Of a stretch of 60,000 nt of DNA, positions 37,495 to 51,187 are shown piece by piece. The stretch lies in contig NC_045696.1 of assembly GCF_009834535.1 (NCBI RefSeq), positions 102,240,001 through 102,300,000 of the forward strand, written 5' to 3'. The stretch comes from Camelus ferus. Taxonomy: Eukaryota. The notes below the pieces were generated by a model. The model saw nothing but the letters and a program-made list of their open reading frames with translations, did not search any database and had not been told where the DNA came from. The first letter of the stretch is position 1, and each line of letters starts with the position of its first letter. Position numbers and translations under genes: made by a program.

Positions 37495-40400
37495 ATGGAG
37501 GAGGTTCTAGTTCTGGTCGAGATGGAGTAAGATTACTTATTCCCCTCTGCCTCTTCCACTGAATGCAATTAAAATCCCTGGACAGAATGTATATAGTTAC
37601 CTGAGGACTCTTAAAATCAAATAGTAGCAGACAGATTGGGGAAGGAAACAAGAATTCGGAGTACTACTAAACCAGTGGTGAATTTCCCATTTTTTTTTTT
37701 ACTCTCTGGAATCTCTTGACCTGAACTCAAAGGCAGTTCAAAGGCCAGAATTGCACAGCAAGGAAAACAGAAAGAACTGCAAAATAAATTCTCTGTTTTG
37801 GGCATAAGGAACAGGAAAGAGGACCCCAGTGGATCAGAAGATGAGAGGAATCCCCTGGGTTTGCTTCATTCTCATCCCAGTGCCAGGCACACCTGAGGCA
37901 GCAGTGGTGATGATGGCAGCAACAGTGGGGCAGACCCCTAAATTTCCAACCAGAGGAACTGATGTCCTGGGACCTTGGGACGAATTCCCACTGGGCTTTT
38001 TTCACTCTTAATCCTTTCACTGCTTAACCTTAAAAGCAGGCCCAATATTATGGAAAAATCATAGGGAACACAGAGCAGTGTAAGAAAACTAAAGTTGTGG
38101 GCTTTGGAAAGCCAGAAAATGTGGAGGAGATTGTGGAGTGGAGGGAGCACAAGAAAGTGATTCTATAAAATTGTATATAAACTTTTGAGCTCACCCCCAA
38201 GCTGTGTAAGTATGTATCTGACCCTAAAGAGCTCACCAAAGTCTTTGAGAAATGAACTACAAGGGAGAGCATCACTCAGGCCCCAGACTAGACACTGGAT
38301 GGCACACATGCAGAACAGATATGAATAGCACTGCAAAGACTTTGAAACTGAACTGACATTGGAACCACAGATAAAAGAAGGCAGGTAAGAATTTGTGTCT
38401 TGGACCTAATGTGGTTAATTGACTGATAAAAAAAAATCAACATTCTTCATAGAGGAAACCTATGTCACTTAACACATCTAAATCCAGAGTCACTTAACAT
38501 AATCTTCAAAGTTGCTAGAATAAATCCAAAATTACTCAGCATATGAAAACCAGGGAAATCTTAAAATTTCACAAAGGTAAAGACAAAGACAACTAACATA
38601 TCAACCCAAGATGACACAGATATTGATTTTAACAGACCAAGTCTTTAAAGCACCTATTATAACTATTCCCCAAGAAGTGAGAGTAAACACAATGGAAACA
38701 AATGAAAAAATTGGGAAAACATCAGCAGGGAAACAGAAGCTACAAAAAAAAAAATAAATGGAAAATTTAGAACCAAAAAATGCAGTAACCAAAACAAAAA
38801 ATTTACTGGATTGGGTTAACAATCAGATAAAGAGTGGCAGATGAAAGAGTCAGTGAGCTTGAAGACACATTATTAGATATTATCCAATTTGTACAAAAGT
38901 GGGAATCGAATTTTTCACCAGCAGACTTGCTCTAAAAAAAAATTAAAATGCCAAAGGAATTTCTTCAGGTGGAAGAAATGATATTAAAGGGCAACTTTGA
39001 ACACCAGGAACAAAGGAAGAACAACAAAAATAGTAAATATTAGTTTAATATAATAGACTATTTTTTCCCCTTAAGACACTTCAAATATGTATGATTGTTT
39101 AAAGAAAAATGTTAACATTGTCTTATGGAGTTTTGTAAAAGGAGAACATATAAAGGGACCTGTAAGATGTAAGTTTTCTACATTCCACGTGAAGTGATAA
39201 AATATTAGTAAGTAGACTGTGAAAAATTAAGTATTTATATTGTAATTTCTAGATCAACTATTAAAAATTCTAAACAATAAGGTATAGTCAAAAATCCAAT
39301 AGATGATATGGAATACAAAATAAATTCAAATAACCCCAAAGAAAGGAAGAGAGGGAAATGGGGGATGGGGGAACAAAAGAACAAACAGAAAACAAGTAAT
39401 AAGATGGTAGATCTAAATCTAAGCATATTGAAAATTATATTAAATTTGAATGATATAAAGATGTTGGTTCAAAGAAACAGATTGTCATGGTGGACAAAAA
39501 AGCAAGACTTAACTGTATGCTGATATCCTCTCTATAAGAAACACACTTTAAATATAATAATATAGTTAAATTAAATATAAAAGAATAGGAAAAGATGTAA
39601 GAAAGATGTACCATGTAAACACCAAGCTGAAACTGGAGTGGCCATATTAATATCAGACAAAATAGTCTTCAGAGCAAGAAAACTACCCATGGATAAAGAA
39701 AGACATTGCATAGTGGTAAAAGGGTCAACTTACCAAGAAGGCATGACTATATAAGATGTGTATGTACCTAATAACATAGCTTTAAAATGTATGAAGAAAA
39801 AACCAGTAAATCTAAAAGGAAAAATAGACAAATCCATACTTACAGTTGGAAACCGCAATACCATCCCTAAGTAATTGGTATAGTAAATAGGCAGAAAATC
39901 AGTAAAAGTATAGAAGAACTGAACAATACCATTAACCAACTGGATTTAATTGACATTTATAGAACACTCCACCCAAAAACAGTGTAATACACATTCTTTC
40001 AAGTGCACACAGATACAGCAAACTAGATCATATCCCAGTTCATAAAACAAATCTTACAAATTTAATAAAATTGAAATTATATAATGTGTGTTCTCTGACC
40101 ACAATGGAATTAAACTAGAGGTAAATAACACAAAGAATATTTGGAAAATATCCAAATACTTGGAAATTAAATAAAACAATTCTAAACAATCCATGGTTTA
40201 AAGATAAAAACCCAAGGGAAATTAGAAAATATCATGAAGTAAAGGAAAATGAAAAAATCTAATCTACCAAAACTTGTGGCATGCAGCTAAAGCAGTGCTC
40301 AGAAAAAAATTTATAGCACTAAATGCTTACATTAGAAGACAAGGAAGGTCTCAAGTTAACAATCTAAGCTTCCAGGATTAGAAAAATAAGAAATCAAACT

Positions 40401-43177
40401 AAATCCAAATCAAGCAAAAGGAAGGATAATAAAAGATTTGAATATAAATCAATGGAATTGATAATGGGGAAACAATAGAAACAAGTCAATAACCAAAATC
40501 TGGTTCTTTGAAAACATGAATAATATTGATAAATTTCTAGTCATGCTGACAAAAAGAAAAAGAACTAAAAGGGAACCTCATGACAGACCTTAGAAACATT
40601 AAAAGGATAATTAGAGAATACTGTGAACAACTCTATCTACATAAACTCAACAAAATTGATGAAATGTAACAATCCTTGGCAAACTGCCAAAATTCATTCA
40701 AGAAGAAATAAACTGAATTCTGTATCTACTAAAGAAATCAAATTCATAGTTTAAAACCTTCCAAAAATGAAAACTATAGACCCAGATATTTTCACTGGCA
40801 AATTTTTCATTGAAAAAGATATAACACTAATTCTAAACAACCTCTTTTAAAAAACAGAAGAGGAAGGAACATTTTCCAACTCATTTTAAGAGACCAGAAT
40901 TACCCAAATACGAAAGCCAGATAACAGTGTCACAAAAAAAAGTTAAACTACAGTCTAATACCTTTCATGAACTTAGATGCAAAAATCCTCAACAAAACAT
41001 TAGCAAATTAAATCCAGCAATACACAAAAAGACTAAACACTGAAACTACATGGGATTAATCCCAGGAATGCAAGATTGGTCCAATATTCAAATATCAATC
41101 AATGAAATCTATTAACAGGTTAAAGAAAAACATGATCATATCAATTGACATGAAAGCAATTTGACAAAAATTAATTTTCATGCATGATTAAAAAAAAAAA
41201 AAACAACTCAGCAAACTAAGACTAGAAGGAAACATCCTTCAACTGATAAAGGGCATCAGAAAACTCCCATAGCTAACATCATACTTAATGGTGAAGACTG
41301 AATGTTTTTTCCTAATATTGGGAGTGAGACAAGGATGTCCACTCACCACTTGTATTCAACATTATACTGGTATTCCTCTCCAGTGCAATAAGGCAAGAAA
41401 AATCAGTAAGATCCTTACAGATTGGAAAGGAAGAAATATAAATGCTCAATTTGCAGACAGTATAACTGCCTATGTAGAACCAAGGAATCTATCAAAAAAA
41501 AAAAAAAAAAGCTTCTAGAGATAATGGGTGAGTTTACCTAGGTTCTAAGATACAAAATCAACGCTCAAAAATCCCATGTATACAAACAAAAACACTAACA
41601 ATAGCTCCAAAAACTTTAAATATTTAGGAATAAATTTAACAAACCACATGTAAGATCTGTATACTGAAAAATACAAGATGCCAATGAAAGAAATAAAGAA
41701 AGACCTAAATAAATGGAGAAATACACTCTGTTTATGGATTGAAAGACTGAATATAGTCAAGATATCAATTCCCCATGAACTGATCCATAAATTTAATGCA
41801 CTTCTAATCAGAATTCCAGCTGGATATTTTGTAGATACAAACTGATTTTTTTTAATTTAGAAAGAAAGGCAAAGGGACTAGAATAACTAAACCAAATCTG
41901 AAAAAGAAAAATTAAGTTGTGAGACTCACACTGCTTGATTTTAAGACTTACTATAAAGCTGCTGCAATGTGGTATTGGCAAATGGGCAGACACATAGATC
42001 AACTGAACAGAAGTGATTCCAGAAATAGACCCATACAAATATAGCTAATTGATTTGACAAAGGTACAAAGGCAATTCAATGAAGTAGGGACAGTATTTTC
42101 CACGCGTGGTATTGGACCAATTGGGTATCTGTGGTAGGCAGCACTCTAAAATGCCTCACATTTCTCATCCCTTTCCACTTTGGTGTCCGTGCCTTGCACA
42201 ACCCTTGGAACTGCAAATATGATGAATTTTCATTCTCACGGTTAGGTCACATTAAATGGCATGATTAACTTTCAAATAAGGGGATGACCTGGGAGGTGCC
42301 GACTGGAGCCTCTTTACAATAGAGAGTTTTCTCCAGCTGGTCATAGAAGAGGAATGCAGAGATTCAGAGCAAAAGGAGGATTTGATGCACTGTTGCTGCT
42401 TGAAGATGGGGGTGGCCACTTGTCAAGGAATGCAAGCAGCCTCTAGTTCCTGAGAGTGATCCTAGCTGACAGCTGACAAAGAAAAGGGAGCCCTAGGCCT
42501 ACAACCAGAAGGAATGGAATTCTGCCAAAAAAAAAAAAAAAAAAATGAACTTGGAAGCAGATTTTACTCTGGAGCCTCAGACAAGAATTCAGCCCAGCCC
42601 ATATCTTGATTTCAGCCAATGTGATACCCTGAGCAAAAGATCCAGTCACACCATGCCAGACTTCCAACCCAGAGAACTGTGGGCTAATAAAAAGATAATG
42701 TTTAAGCCTTTAAGACTGTGGTGATTCTATTACACTGCAATAGAAAGCCAATACAATATCCGTAGCCAAAAAATAAACCTTGAATTAAACCTCAGACTTT
42801 ATACAAACCTCAACTCAAAATGGATCATAAATCAAAATGTAAAATATAAAACTAGAAAACTTCTAGATGAAAACTAAAGAGAAAAATCTTCATGACCTTA
42901 AATTAGGCAAAGATTCTTTAATATTATACCAAAAGCATCATGTAAAAAAGAAAAAAATGATAAATTAGACTTCATCAAAATGAATGTATTTTGCTTTGCA
43001 AAAGACACTGTTAAGAGAATGAAATTGCAAGCTACATTCTCGGAGTCGATGCGTTGCTGGTGGGAATGCAAAACAATACGGCCAATCTGAAAATCACTTC
43101 AGCAGTTTCTAAAAAAGTTAAACATACAGTTACTATGTGACTCAGCATTCCCTCTCCTAGATTCCTAGCCTAGAGAG
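37495..43177 (+). mobile_element. Long decayed L1M (5'UTR, partial ORF1, ORF2 EN and RT), interrupted by an MLT1E LTR
   Basis: Remnant MVDLNLSILKIILNLND...RNRLSWWTKKQDLTVC (~39404) matches the L1 ORF2 endonuclease N-terminus. GVRQGCPL (~41320) and tttgcagacag (decayed FADD) are RT motifs. Many stops and frameshifts. Confidence 0.93.
42130..42755 (+). mobile_element. MaLR solo LTR, MLT1E-like, nested in L1 ORF2
   Basis: tgtggtaggcag ... aagccaataca ends. TSD gtatc/atatc. L1 sequence resumes seamlessly afterwards. Confidence 0.9.
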
Positions 43178-43285
43178 TAAAATGGGGATAACAGCATCTA
43201 TCTCTGAAGATTAAATGTGTGAACATTAAATAAGAAAATACATGTTAAAATCCTTTGAGCAGAACTGAGCACTCATTAATAACCC
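43178..43285 (+). mobile_element. MIR 3' fragment
   Basis: taaaatggggataacagcatctatct ... attaaataagaaaatacatgt. Confidence 0.7.
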
Positions 43286-43299
43286 TATTTTACTCACAG

Positions 43300-45150
43300 C
43301 TTTTATTAGAAATGTCAGAAGAATTTTAATAGCATTTTCAGCATATATTGAGATAATCACATAGTTTTTTTCCTCTACTTAATTGATGTGATGAAATATA
43401 TTGATAAATATCCTGGTACTGAATTATTCTTACAGTCTCAGGATAGTGTTTTCCTGCAATTCTGTTATCTGTAATAATAACTGAGGTTAGTCTATGGTTT
43501 TCTTTTTCTCCTTTGGGGAAAGGGAGCTGTCTTTATTAGGTTTAGATAATGTTAAGGATGTGCTATAGTCAAAGCATGCGCTAAAGACGTCTACTCTTTC
43601 ATGGTCTGAAATAGCATAGCACAGAAATGATCAGGGCTTTAAAACCTAGTTAGAAGTCAACTGTAAAACTATCTGGTTCCTGCAGTCATTTTAATGCTAG
43701 GTCTTTAATCACCTTTCCATGTGCTTCCTATGGTAATTTGTGTATTCAAATGTAAAATTGTCATTTTTTAAGCTCAAAAAATGGTCAAGTATTGGCAATT
43801 TCACATGGTTCAATATAATAGTAAAATACATATCCATGCACCCTTTACCTAGTTTTATCCACTATTAATATTTTGCCCATTTTGCTTCCTTGCCTTTCTC
43901 TATTTATACATATATATTACATATATTAAATATGTTGTTATTTATTCTTTTATTTTTCATTGAATCATTTAAGTGTAAAAACAGACATCATACAATTCTT
44001 ATCTAAATACTGAAGGATGCATCTTTGAAAAATAGGGACATTCTCTTAGATAGCCAAAATACTAAAAATACTAAAAACAATTAACAATTTTATCAGTACA
44101 TACTCAAAGTTCCCCAGTTATTGCAAAAAATACATATCATGTACAGACATTTTTAAATTCATTATCCAATTGAGGTTATGTACTGCATTTGGTCAATTTT
44201 TTTTTTTTTTTTTTTAGTCTCCTTAAATCAATTTCTCTCCTTTTTTTTCCCCATGACATTGATTTTTAGAAGAAACCAGGTCAGTTGTTGTGCACACTAT
44301 TCCACATTCTGGACTTGTTTGCTTCCTCATAGCATCAATTAATATGTTCTTCTCTATGCTGTATTTCCTGTAAACCAGAAATTAGGTCAAGGTTTGAAAT
44401 TCGGGTTGAACACTTTTGGCAAGAATATTCATTGGTGATGCTATATGCTTAATGATGTGTATTTCAAAAATAAAAATTAACATGTACTTCATATCAACAG
44501 GCACATAAGGTCGAGTTGCCCCACTATTGGTGATGTTAAGTTTATTCATATGGTTATAGCGGTAACCTCCATTGTAAAAGTATGATTTTACCTTTGTAAT
44601 TAGTTTTTAATCTATGGGGCAATACTTGAGTGCTATGTGAATCTTCTGTTACCAACATTCTTTACTCCCTGTTTTTAGCATCCACTGATGATCCTTGTCT
44701 GATTCAGTGATTACACTTGAGATAATTCAGTTCCAATTTCCTTTGATAATTTTTTGGAGGGAGAGTTTTTTAGTTTGCAGAATGATTACAATTTTTGATT
44801 ACCTTTTTATTATTTATTTCTAATTTATCAAATTATGAGAATGTAATCTGTAATGATTCTACTTTTAAAATATAAGATTTTCTTTGTGATCAAACACATC
44901 ACTGACTTGGGTGTATGTTCTATGGACATGAAAAAAGTATATTTTCTATTTTTAAGAAATTGAGTTTTTTATTATGTTACTCAGATTTCCTATATCCTTA
45001 CCTATATTTTTTACTAGATAGCAGTCTGAAAGATGTACATTAAATTTCCCACTATAATTTTTGTAATCAAGGTCCTGCATTCTAACTTTATATAGTCTTT
45101 TGTATATTTCTGGTGCCCTGTGTGTAGTATACCACTTCATTATAGAGAAT
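43300..45150 (-). mobile_element. Old L1M fragments (L1ME-like, with an L1MC4/5-like 3'UTR at ~43830-44720)
   Basis: gcattttcagcatatattgagataatcacat, ggacattctctta, aggcacataaggtc...ccactattggtgatgttaagttt, taaatttcccactataatt. Confidence 0.65.
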
Positions 45151-46399
45151 CTTCAAATTGCCTGGTATGTCTTTCTTGTCCCAGAAATAAAACTTAAAAT
45201 GGTTATATTCTTCTTTTATGTTCATGCCCCACTTCTGTCCTCTAGTTCTTATAATATGGAATCCTAAAATACAGAGGGAAAGTAATATAGAAAAGTCATT
45301 TTCATTAGTACCAGACAGTGGGGATTCCCTCTTTCCTCCATTTCATTTTGGTTGTAAGTGAGCAGTGAGCTTGTATTGCTTGAAATAGATTTCAGTGTTT
45401 TGATCAACATTATTTCATTCCCTGAGGTCCTTCTCTTCAGAAAATAAAGTCTTATTTTTTAATCTATTATCATCTTTTACCTGCTAGCATGCATTTTAAA
45501 CCTTAATGAAATGATTTAAGAAAAATTACTGTGTAAATTCCAAAGAGCTACAATAAAACTCCCATTTTGTATTTACCCTATGGATCAATTGCATAGCCAA
45601 AATATGGGATTTTAACTGGAGTTTTTAAAAATAAGTGCCAGATTCTATCACACAGAGTCACTTTGAAGAAATTGCTTAAGACAGTGCATTGCCGATTAGA
45701 GGCAAAATATGCTTTAATGCAGACTTCATTGTAGTCGGTACAAGGAATGTTTGGAAGAATATTAGCTCTCATGTTCTTCTCTCTCTTTTTTTTTAATGAG
45801 AAGAGTGTTGCATCCTTCCCAGTGCTAGATTTGCAGTGCAGAGTAAGACTGGCCAGTAACGAAGTGGCACCCGTATTTGGAGATGAGGTTGAAAAGCATC
45901 TCGTTACTTCTCAGTGGCACGGCTACTTAGTTCTTAACATTCTGCAGGATTCAATGTGAACATCAAGGGTCACCTTATGTCCCCTTGAACAGCCTTATCT
46001 CTCTTTCTCCTTCGTCATAGCACCTGCCGGAGTGCCCACCAAGCAAATGATTATCTTTGTTTGGAAAGTCCAGCTAAAATGCTGGGAATGGGTCTGGTTC
46101 AACCCATGCTCGGGCCACCGCAGCTTGGATGTCCTCACCTGCGCTTCTGCGTGGCTCTCTCCGAGCTTTGCCAAAGAAAACAGCTGCCCACCTGCAGCAT
46201 TTGTCCACATGGATTGCAGTTTATTCTGGTCTAGCCATCAAAATAATTCCACCCTTTTCTTTTTTTATTTTACTGTCACCATGGATCTATTCATTTTTGT
46301 ACAGCACTCTTTTCATTTCAATGGAATTCTCAAAGGGGAGAAGATGTAAATGTTCCAAACTGTGATTTTAGTTCTATTTTTCATAAACCGATACTAGGC

Positions 46400-46930
46400 A
46401 TTTAAGCAGGTGTTTAATATTTCTGAGTATAAACTAATATATGCTTATAAAATTAGAAAACTAAAAAATTATTTTAAAGAATAAAATTCACTTGAAGTTC
46501 TTTTACAAAGAGATTATTACTAACACTAGTAGATTTTTCTATAGACTTATTTTGGCAATCAATTTTTTTTTGACAAAATTGAGAGCTGTTATTTTTTTCT
46601 TTAAAAATATAGCATGATAACTTTCTAATTTTATTTCTCTATCCCTTGAAATTATGTTTTCAAGGACTGAATAACAAAATCATATGAGCAGGCCAAAATT
46701 ATTTACTTAAATTGATATTAGAATATATTAGACTAAAATTATTTAAACTATTATAAATGATGCTGTAATTATTACATACATACATAAATATATTTATACA
46801 AATATTTGTATCTCTGATTTTTTTTATCACTAAAAATGAGATTAAGGGGTCAAAGGGTAGAATATATTCTAAAGCTCAAAATATATTTTGCAAAACTGCT
46901 TTCTAGGAAGGATGAGTTAATTTAAGCACC
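46400..46930 (-). mobile_element. Highly diverged L1ME-like fragment
   Basis: AT-rich; aatgagattaaggggtcaaagggta ... aactgctttctagg. Confidence 0.55.
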
Positions 46931-47519
46931 AGCCATGTAATCTGTTCTTTCCTTGGTGACTTTCCAACCTGTTTCTTCTAATCCAGGTTAATTGCATGTT
47001 CTTAAGGATGTCCAATAGTTTTCTGAAATTTTGCCCTGATTCCAAAAGCTCATTCCTTCTAGGTTCTCAGGAAGCTGTTCCTTTTTCTTCATTCTACAGA
47101 GTATCTTGATAAATTCTGTGCAATTCTTCTTGTCTTTGCTAGTATGGAGAAAGCTTTCCAGACCTGGTATTTTCCAACAGAAAGTGTGTGGATTGCCCCT
47201 GGCTCCCCTCAGTGCCCATGTGGTTGTTCATCACATTCTCTTCTTGGAGCCATAGCCAGCAAGTCAATCTGCAACATTTATAATCTATGCTCTAGGATCA
47301 AGCAAATACTCATCTCTGAACCTATGCCCTATGTGTGTAGAGTTTTATATATGTGCTGCCCTCATTGCTCAGGCTACAGGCCCTCTGAATTCACACTCTG
47401 TTCCTGGCATCTCCCTACCTCCACCCTGGGCTACCACCTTGCTTGTGGGACATACATACCCCCTAGAATGCAGTGTGCCAATGCAAATGCTGACCTCTGC
47501 CCCCAATGCTTTCCTTTTC

Positions 47520-47630
47520 TCATTCACATTCATTCAGTGAATATTTATTGAGCTTCTACTTTATACCAGCCACCAGATAAAGCAGAGAAGAGAAGGGACA
47601 AAAGTCCCTGCCTTCGTGTAGCTGATACAA
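47520..47630 (-). mobile_element. L2 3' tail fragment
   Basis: cattcattcagtgaatatttattgagc ... gtccctgccttcgtg. Confidence 0.75.
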
Positions 47631-47868
47631 CACCCCCAACTCCCACCTTCCACCCCACCCTATGACTTTTTGCTCTAGGTTTTTTGATTGATACAAGTTC
47701 TCTAAATTGGGGCAGGTGGTGAGGCTAAGAACAAAGTGTGTTTCTGCTGCCTTGCAGCAGATGAGGTTGAAAGGCAAGGATGCTGCATTCCATGAGGTGG
47801 GGGAGGGGTAGGCATAGGCCGCTGGTTGCTCTTCTCAGAATAGCTCTATCAGCCTTACGATTATTGAA

Positions 47869-47922
47869 AACTCCTATAAGATTCTAACATTAGCCAACTC
47901 CTATAAGATTCTAACATTAGCC
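47869..47922. repeat. Perfect 27-bp tandem duplication
   Basis: aactcctataagattctaacattagcc twice with no mismatch. Confidence 0.97.
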
Positions 47923-48646
47923 TGTCCGTTATTTCAGGTTTTTGATGATATTGGAGTTGTTTGCCTTTTCTGGGCCTTCAAAAGCGTTTTGGTAGGAAGT
48001 TAGGAGGGGTACCATTAGGGACTGCTAATTGAAACTGTTTCAAACAGGAGTCACACAGAGCATTTGCAGACTTCTACTTGTGCTGTTTCCTTTTTTCAAG
48101 TAATCTTGGAGGCAATCATTTTGGATAATGTTTTGTTGGCAACAAATGAAACTGCTGTAGTAATTGTATTTTGTCAAGCTACTGATGAATATTGATAGTA
48201 TAGTTTTGATTTTTTTGTTTGTTTTACTTAAAATTTCTGCTTCCAATCCTCAATACAAACATTTGACTAGAAATTTTTTTTTTCAGTCACTGAGCCATAC
48301 CCTCAGTCTGTATAACTCAGTAGGACACCAAGGTGAATGAAAATCTGGCCTGGCTTTACATTTTACAATTAACTTGTCATTGGGTTGTTCAGTGTGCCCC
48401 ATAACTTCTAATGCATGCTATAAAAATAACTTTGTAATTTTGTCTTCTGCCAAGCACATTTGCGATAGGTGGGGTTTGGGGGTGGATACGGAGGTAGTTT
48501 CTAGTGTGCGATGCACGTCATACGGAAACGGGAAGGCAGAATGTTGCTGATGGTGTATTCAGCACATGTGTGTCTGGGACTCGCTTGGTCATGCATATAC
48601 CCCTCTCCCAAACATGTGTGCACGTGAGTCCATACAGATATGGGCC

Positions 48647-48689
48647 TGTGCGCGTGCACGCGCGCGCGCACACACACACGCACACACAT
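48647..48689. repeat. (CG)n-(CA)n alternating purine-pyrimidine tract
   Basis: tgtgcgcgtgcacgcgcgcgcgcacacacacacgcacacacat. Confidence 0.95.
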
Positions 48690-48719
48690 CCTATATCTCA
48701 GCCATGTTGAAATACTTTC

Positions 48720-49890
48720 ATTTCCCGCAAACATTCCACACTACCTCAGTACAGGCTTTTCTTTCTACCAGGACAGGCTTTCCCCTTCATTACTTAGACG
48801 ACTCCCAGTCCCCCTTTATTCCTTGGATGAGGAGTCAGTCATTCCCTCTGAGAACCTTTCTCTCATCAGCAACATCTGCCCCCCAGGTAGAATAGGTTCT
48901 TTCCCTACTTCATTCTCCCACCATGGTCCTGATGCATCCCTTCCTGATAGATCATACCTCATAGAAGTCATTTGCCCCACTTATGTATCTGAATGACATC
49001 TCTCTACCTTAGACCATAAGACTCCTGGAGGTAAGGTCTGGATCCTGTCCCTTTATCTCCTAGCTTTTAGCACCACGCTTGGCATGCAGGATCATGGGCT
49101 GCCCAGCAACCATCCTAAAGTTCCCTAGCTCATTAACACCCCTCCTCTGCCAGACAAGCTCATTCATACCTTCTCTCCTCCCCTCAAGCCCCCTGCACCC
49201 CTGCCCTGGCTTTCTCTTTCCACTGATGACCTTCCCAACTCACTAAGGAAACAGAAGCAATCAGAAGATAAATCTTCACAAGTTTCCCCTTTATCTACCT
49301 ACTTCCTTGCATCAATGCCCTTAAACTCCACTTTCCATTATATAACGAGGGACAAATTGACCTTACTCCAATTAAGGCCCATACTTCAATCTGTGTGTTA
49401 GTCTCATCCTCCCTCACTTATTAGAAGACATCACTCCAGCACTTGTCTCTTCTCATTCATACCATCATTTGCCCCTTCACCAAATAATTTAAAAACCTAG
49501 TTTAATTACTCTTATCTTAAAAAAATAAAAATAAAAAACCCTTCTTGCCCGCACATCCCCCTCCAGCTATAGCCTCACTCTTTGCCGTCCTCTGTAACAA
49601 AATCCCTCAAAAGAGTTTCCGACTCACAATATCTACAAATTCACGCCCCTTACTCTCTCTGGAACGTACTCTGATAATGTGGGGGCCCTCATTATTCTAC
49701 CAAAACTGCTCTTACCAGTTGTTATGCTCCTCTTCATGTTACTGAACCCAATGGTCAGGCCTCACTTTTCATTTTATTGTACTATCAACATTTAACTCAG
49801 TTGAGCCTCCTTCTTACTTGACACCTCCTTCTTCACTTAGATTCTATGACACACTCCCACCAATTTTCTTAATGCCTTCCAGGTCACTAC
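48720..49890 (+). mobile_element. L2 fragments (3' piece ~48720-49090, ORF piece ~49140-49890)
   Basis: tagaccataagactcctggagg, gaaacagaagcaatcagaag, aaactgctcttaccag, ccaatggtca, cttcacttagattctatgacac. Confidence 0.7.
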
Positions 49891-50300
49891 TGAGCTAGTC
49901 AGTTTTTGCTGCAAAGACAATAGCCCAAATATCTCAATGATCTGCCACCACAAAGATGTTTCTTGTTCAAGTTACATAAAGGCTGGGAGTCACCTACAGG
50001 TCTGCTTGACTCTACTGGGCTCTACTTAGCTGCAGCCCAGCTGGGCTTAACTCCTCTTGGCTGCAGTTGGGCTGGAGGTGGGCCATCTTTTTTCTCATTC
50101 TAAGACCCAAGCTAGTGGGGCAGCCTTATCTGGAACATGCTGTTCTCTCATAGTAGAAGACAAGAGAAAGGGCTGAAACTCCAAAAGTCTCTAAAAGCTT
50201 CCACTTGAATGTGGTGTGTATTGTGTCTACTCACATTCTACTGGGCAAAGTAAATCTGTGAGTCCCATCACCTATGAGAAAGGGATAATGTGAATGAGAC
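49891..50300 (-). mobile_element. Old MaLR LTR (MLT1I/J/L-like)
   Basis: cccaaatatctcaatg ... tatctggaacatgctgttctc ... tctactcacattctactgggcaaagtaa. Confidence 0.6.
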
Positions 50301-50561
50301 ATCCCCTCATCTTAAGCCCATGAGCTGGGATCCAGGAAGACTACTGATAAGCTTGATGCATGTCCCCAGAGGATTGAGGGACCCAGTGTCAGACCTGCTA
50401 CCTGACTCACCTGAGAAATCTAAAGGGCCAGGGACTGGCAGGAGCAGCCTGCAGCAGAGTAAGATCCACAATGTGGGAAGCTGATACATTTCCGCCAAGA
50501 ACATATCTTAAGGAGTGTGTTTCCTATTGACTGATTGTGCAGTATAATGGACTGATCCTAT

Positions 50562-51080
50562 TGTGTGGCGCTATCGTAGACCTGGCCCTAGAATGTCACC
50601 TGGACAGGCCAGGAGATCACAGCAGAAGAACACCAGGTCTACACAGTTGGATGTTCAAGGGCCAAGGGAAGGGTGGGTGGAATGAACAATCCATTAGGAA
50701 ACCGCTGGTTAGAGAGCTTTCTGGGCTTCCAGAGAAACCCTCACGAATTCCACACCAGTCTGCTTCCAACATCCATCACAGCCAAAGAGAAGCGGCGCCT
50801 TAGTCATGCTGATGAGCGAAACCTTTCTTGCCTGTTTATTTCTCCTCCTTTTCCTATGCCCTAAACTTGGAGAAGCCAAGCTAGCAGTAGGAGTGGGGTG
50901 AGAAACAGCAGGAGCAGGAGGATGAAAAGAGAGGGGGGCCCTTGCAGCTGGTCCAGTGGTCCAAGCTGGTGGAGGGAACTCACTTCTAATGAAATTCAGT
51001 TTCTGATATTATTACACTCAACTGAACATACTTATTACCTGAGACTATTTCTGTGATTACAAGTGACCAGAAGACTCTTT
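50562..51080. mobile_element. Possible ancient LTR (MamGypLTR-like)
   Basis: Starts TGTGG; actgaacatacttattacctgagact resembles the remembered MamGypLTR1 3' part. Weak. Confidence 0.35.
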
Positions 51081-51137
51081 TCTAAGCTATCTGAGGAAAA
51101 AGTCACAGGACCAGCTCCAGAGAGGGAGTCTGTAGAA

Positions 51138-51141
<4 letters not shown>

Positions 51142-51174
<33 letters not shown>

Positions 51175-51187
51175 TGTGTGTGTGTGC
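51142..51187. repeat. (TG)n microsatellite
   Basis: ~22 TG units with one interruption. Confidence 0.97.

Noticed and set aside
39308..41518. ORFs with endonuclease and RT similarity
   Set aside because: They are fragments of a dead L1 ORF2 with a broken FADD motif and many stops, not a domesticated gene.
34408..44080. Short direct repeats (tcttgtcctaa ~34410/34442, gtcacttaaca ~38464/38489, aaaatactaa ~44056)
   Set aside because: These are ordinary slippage products in AT-rich or L1 DNA with no array structure, and nothing CRISPR-like.
45597..45608. CArG-like CCAAAATATGG
   Set aside because: It has seven A/T bases rather than six, so it is not a CArG box.
5020..50410. Scattered AP-1 sites TGA(C/G)TCA, including one ~40 nt before exon 10
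   Set aside because: About nine noticed against roughly seven expected by chance in 60 kb, with no clustering.
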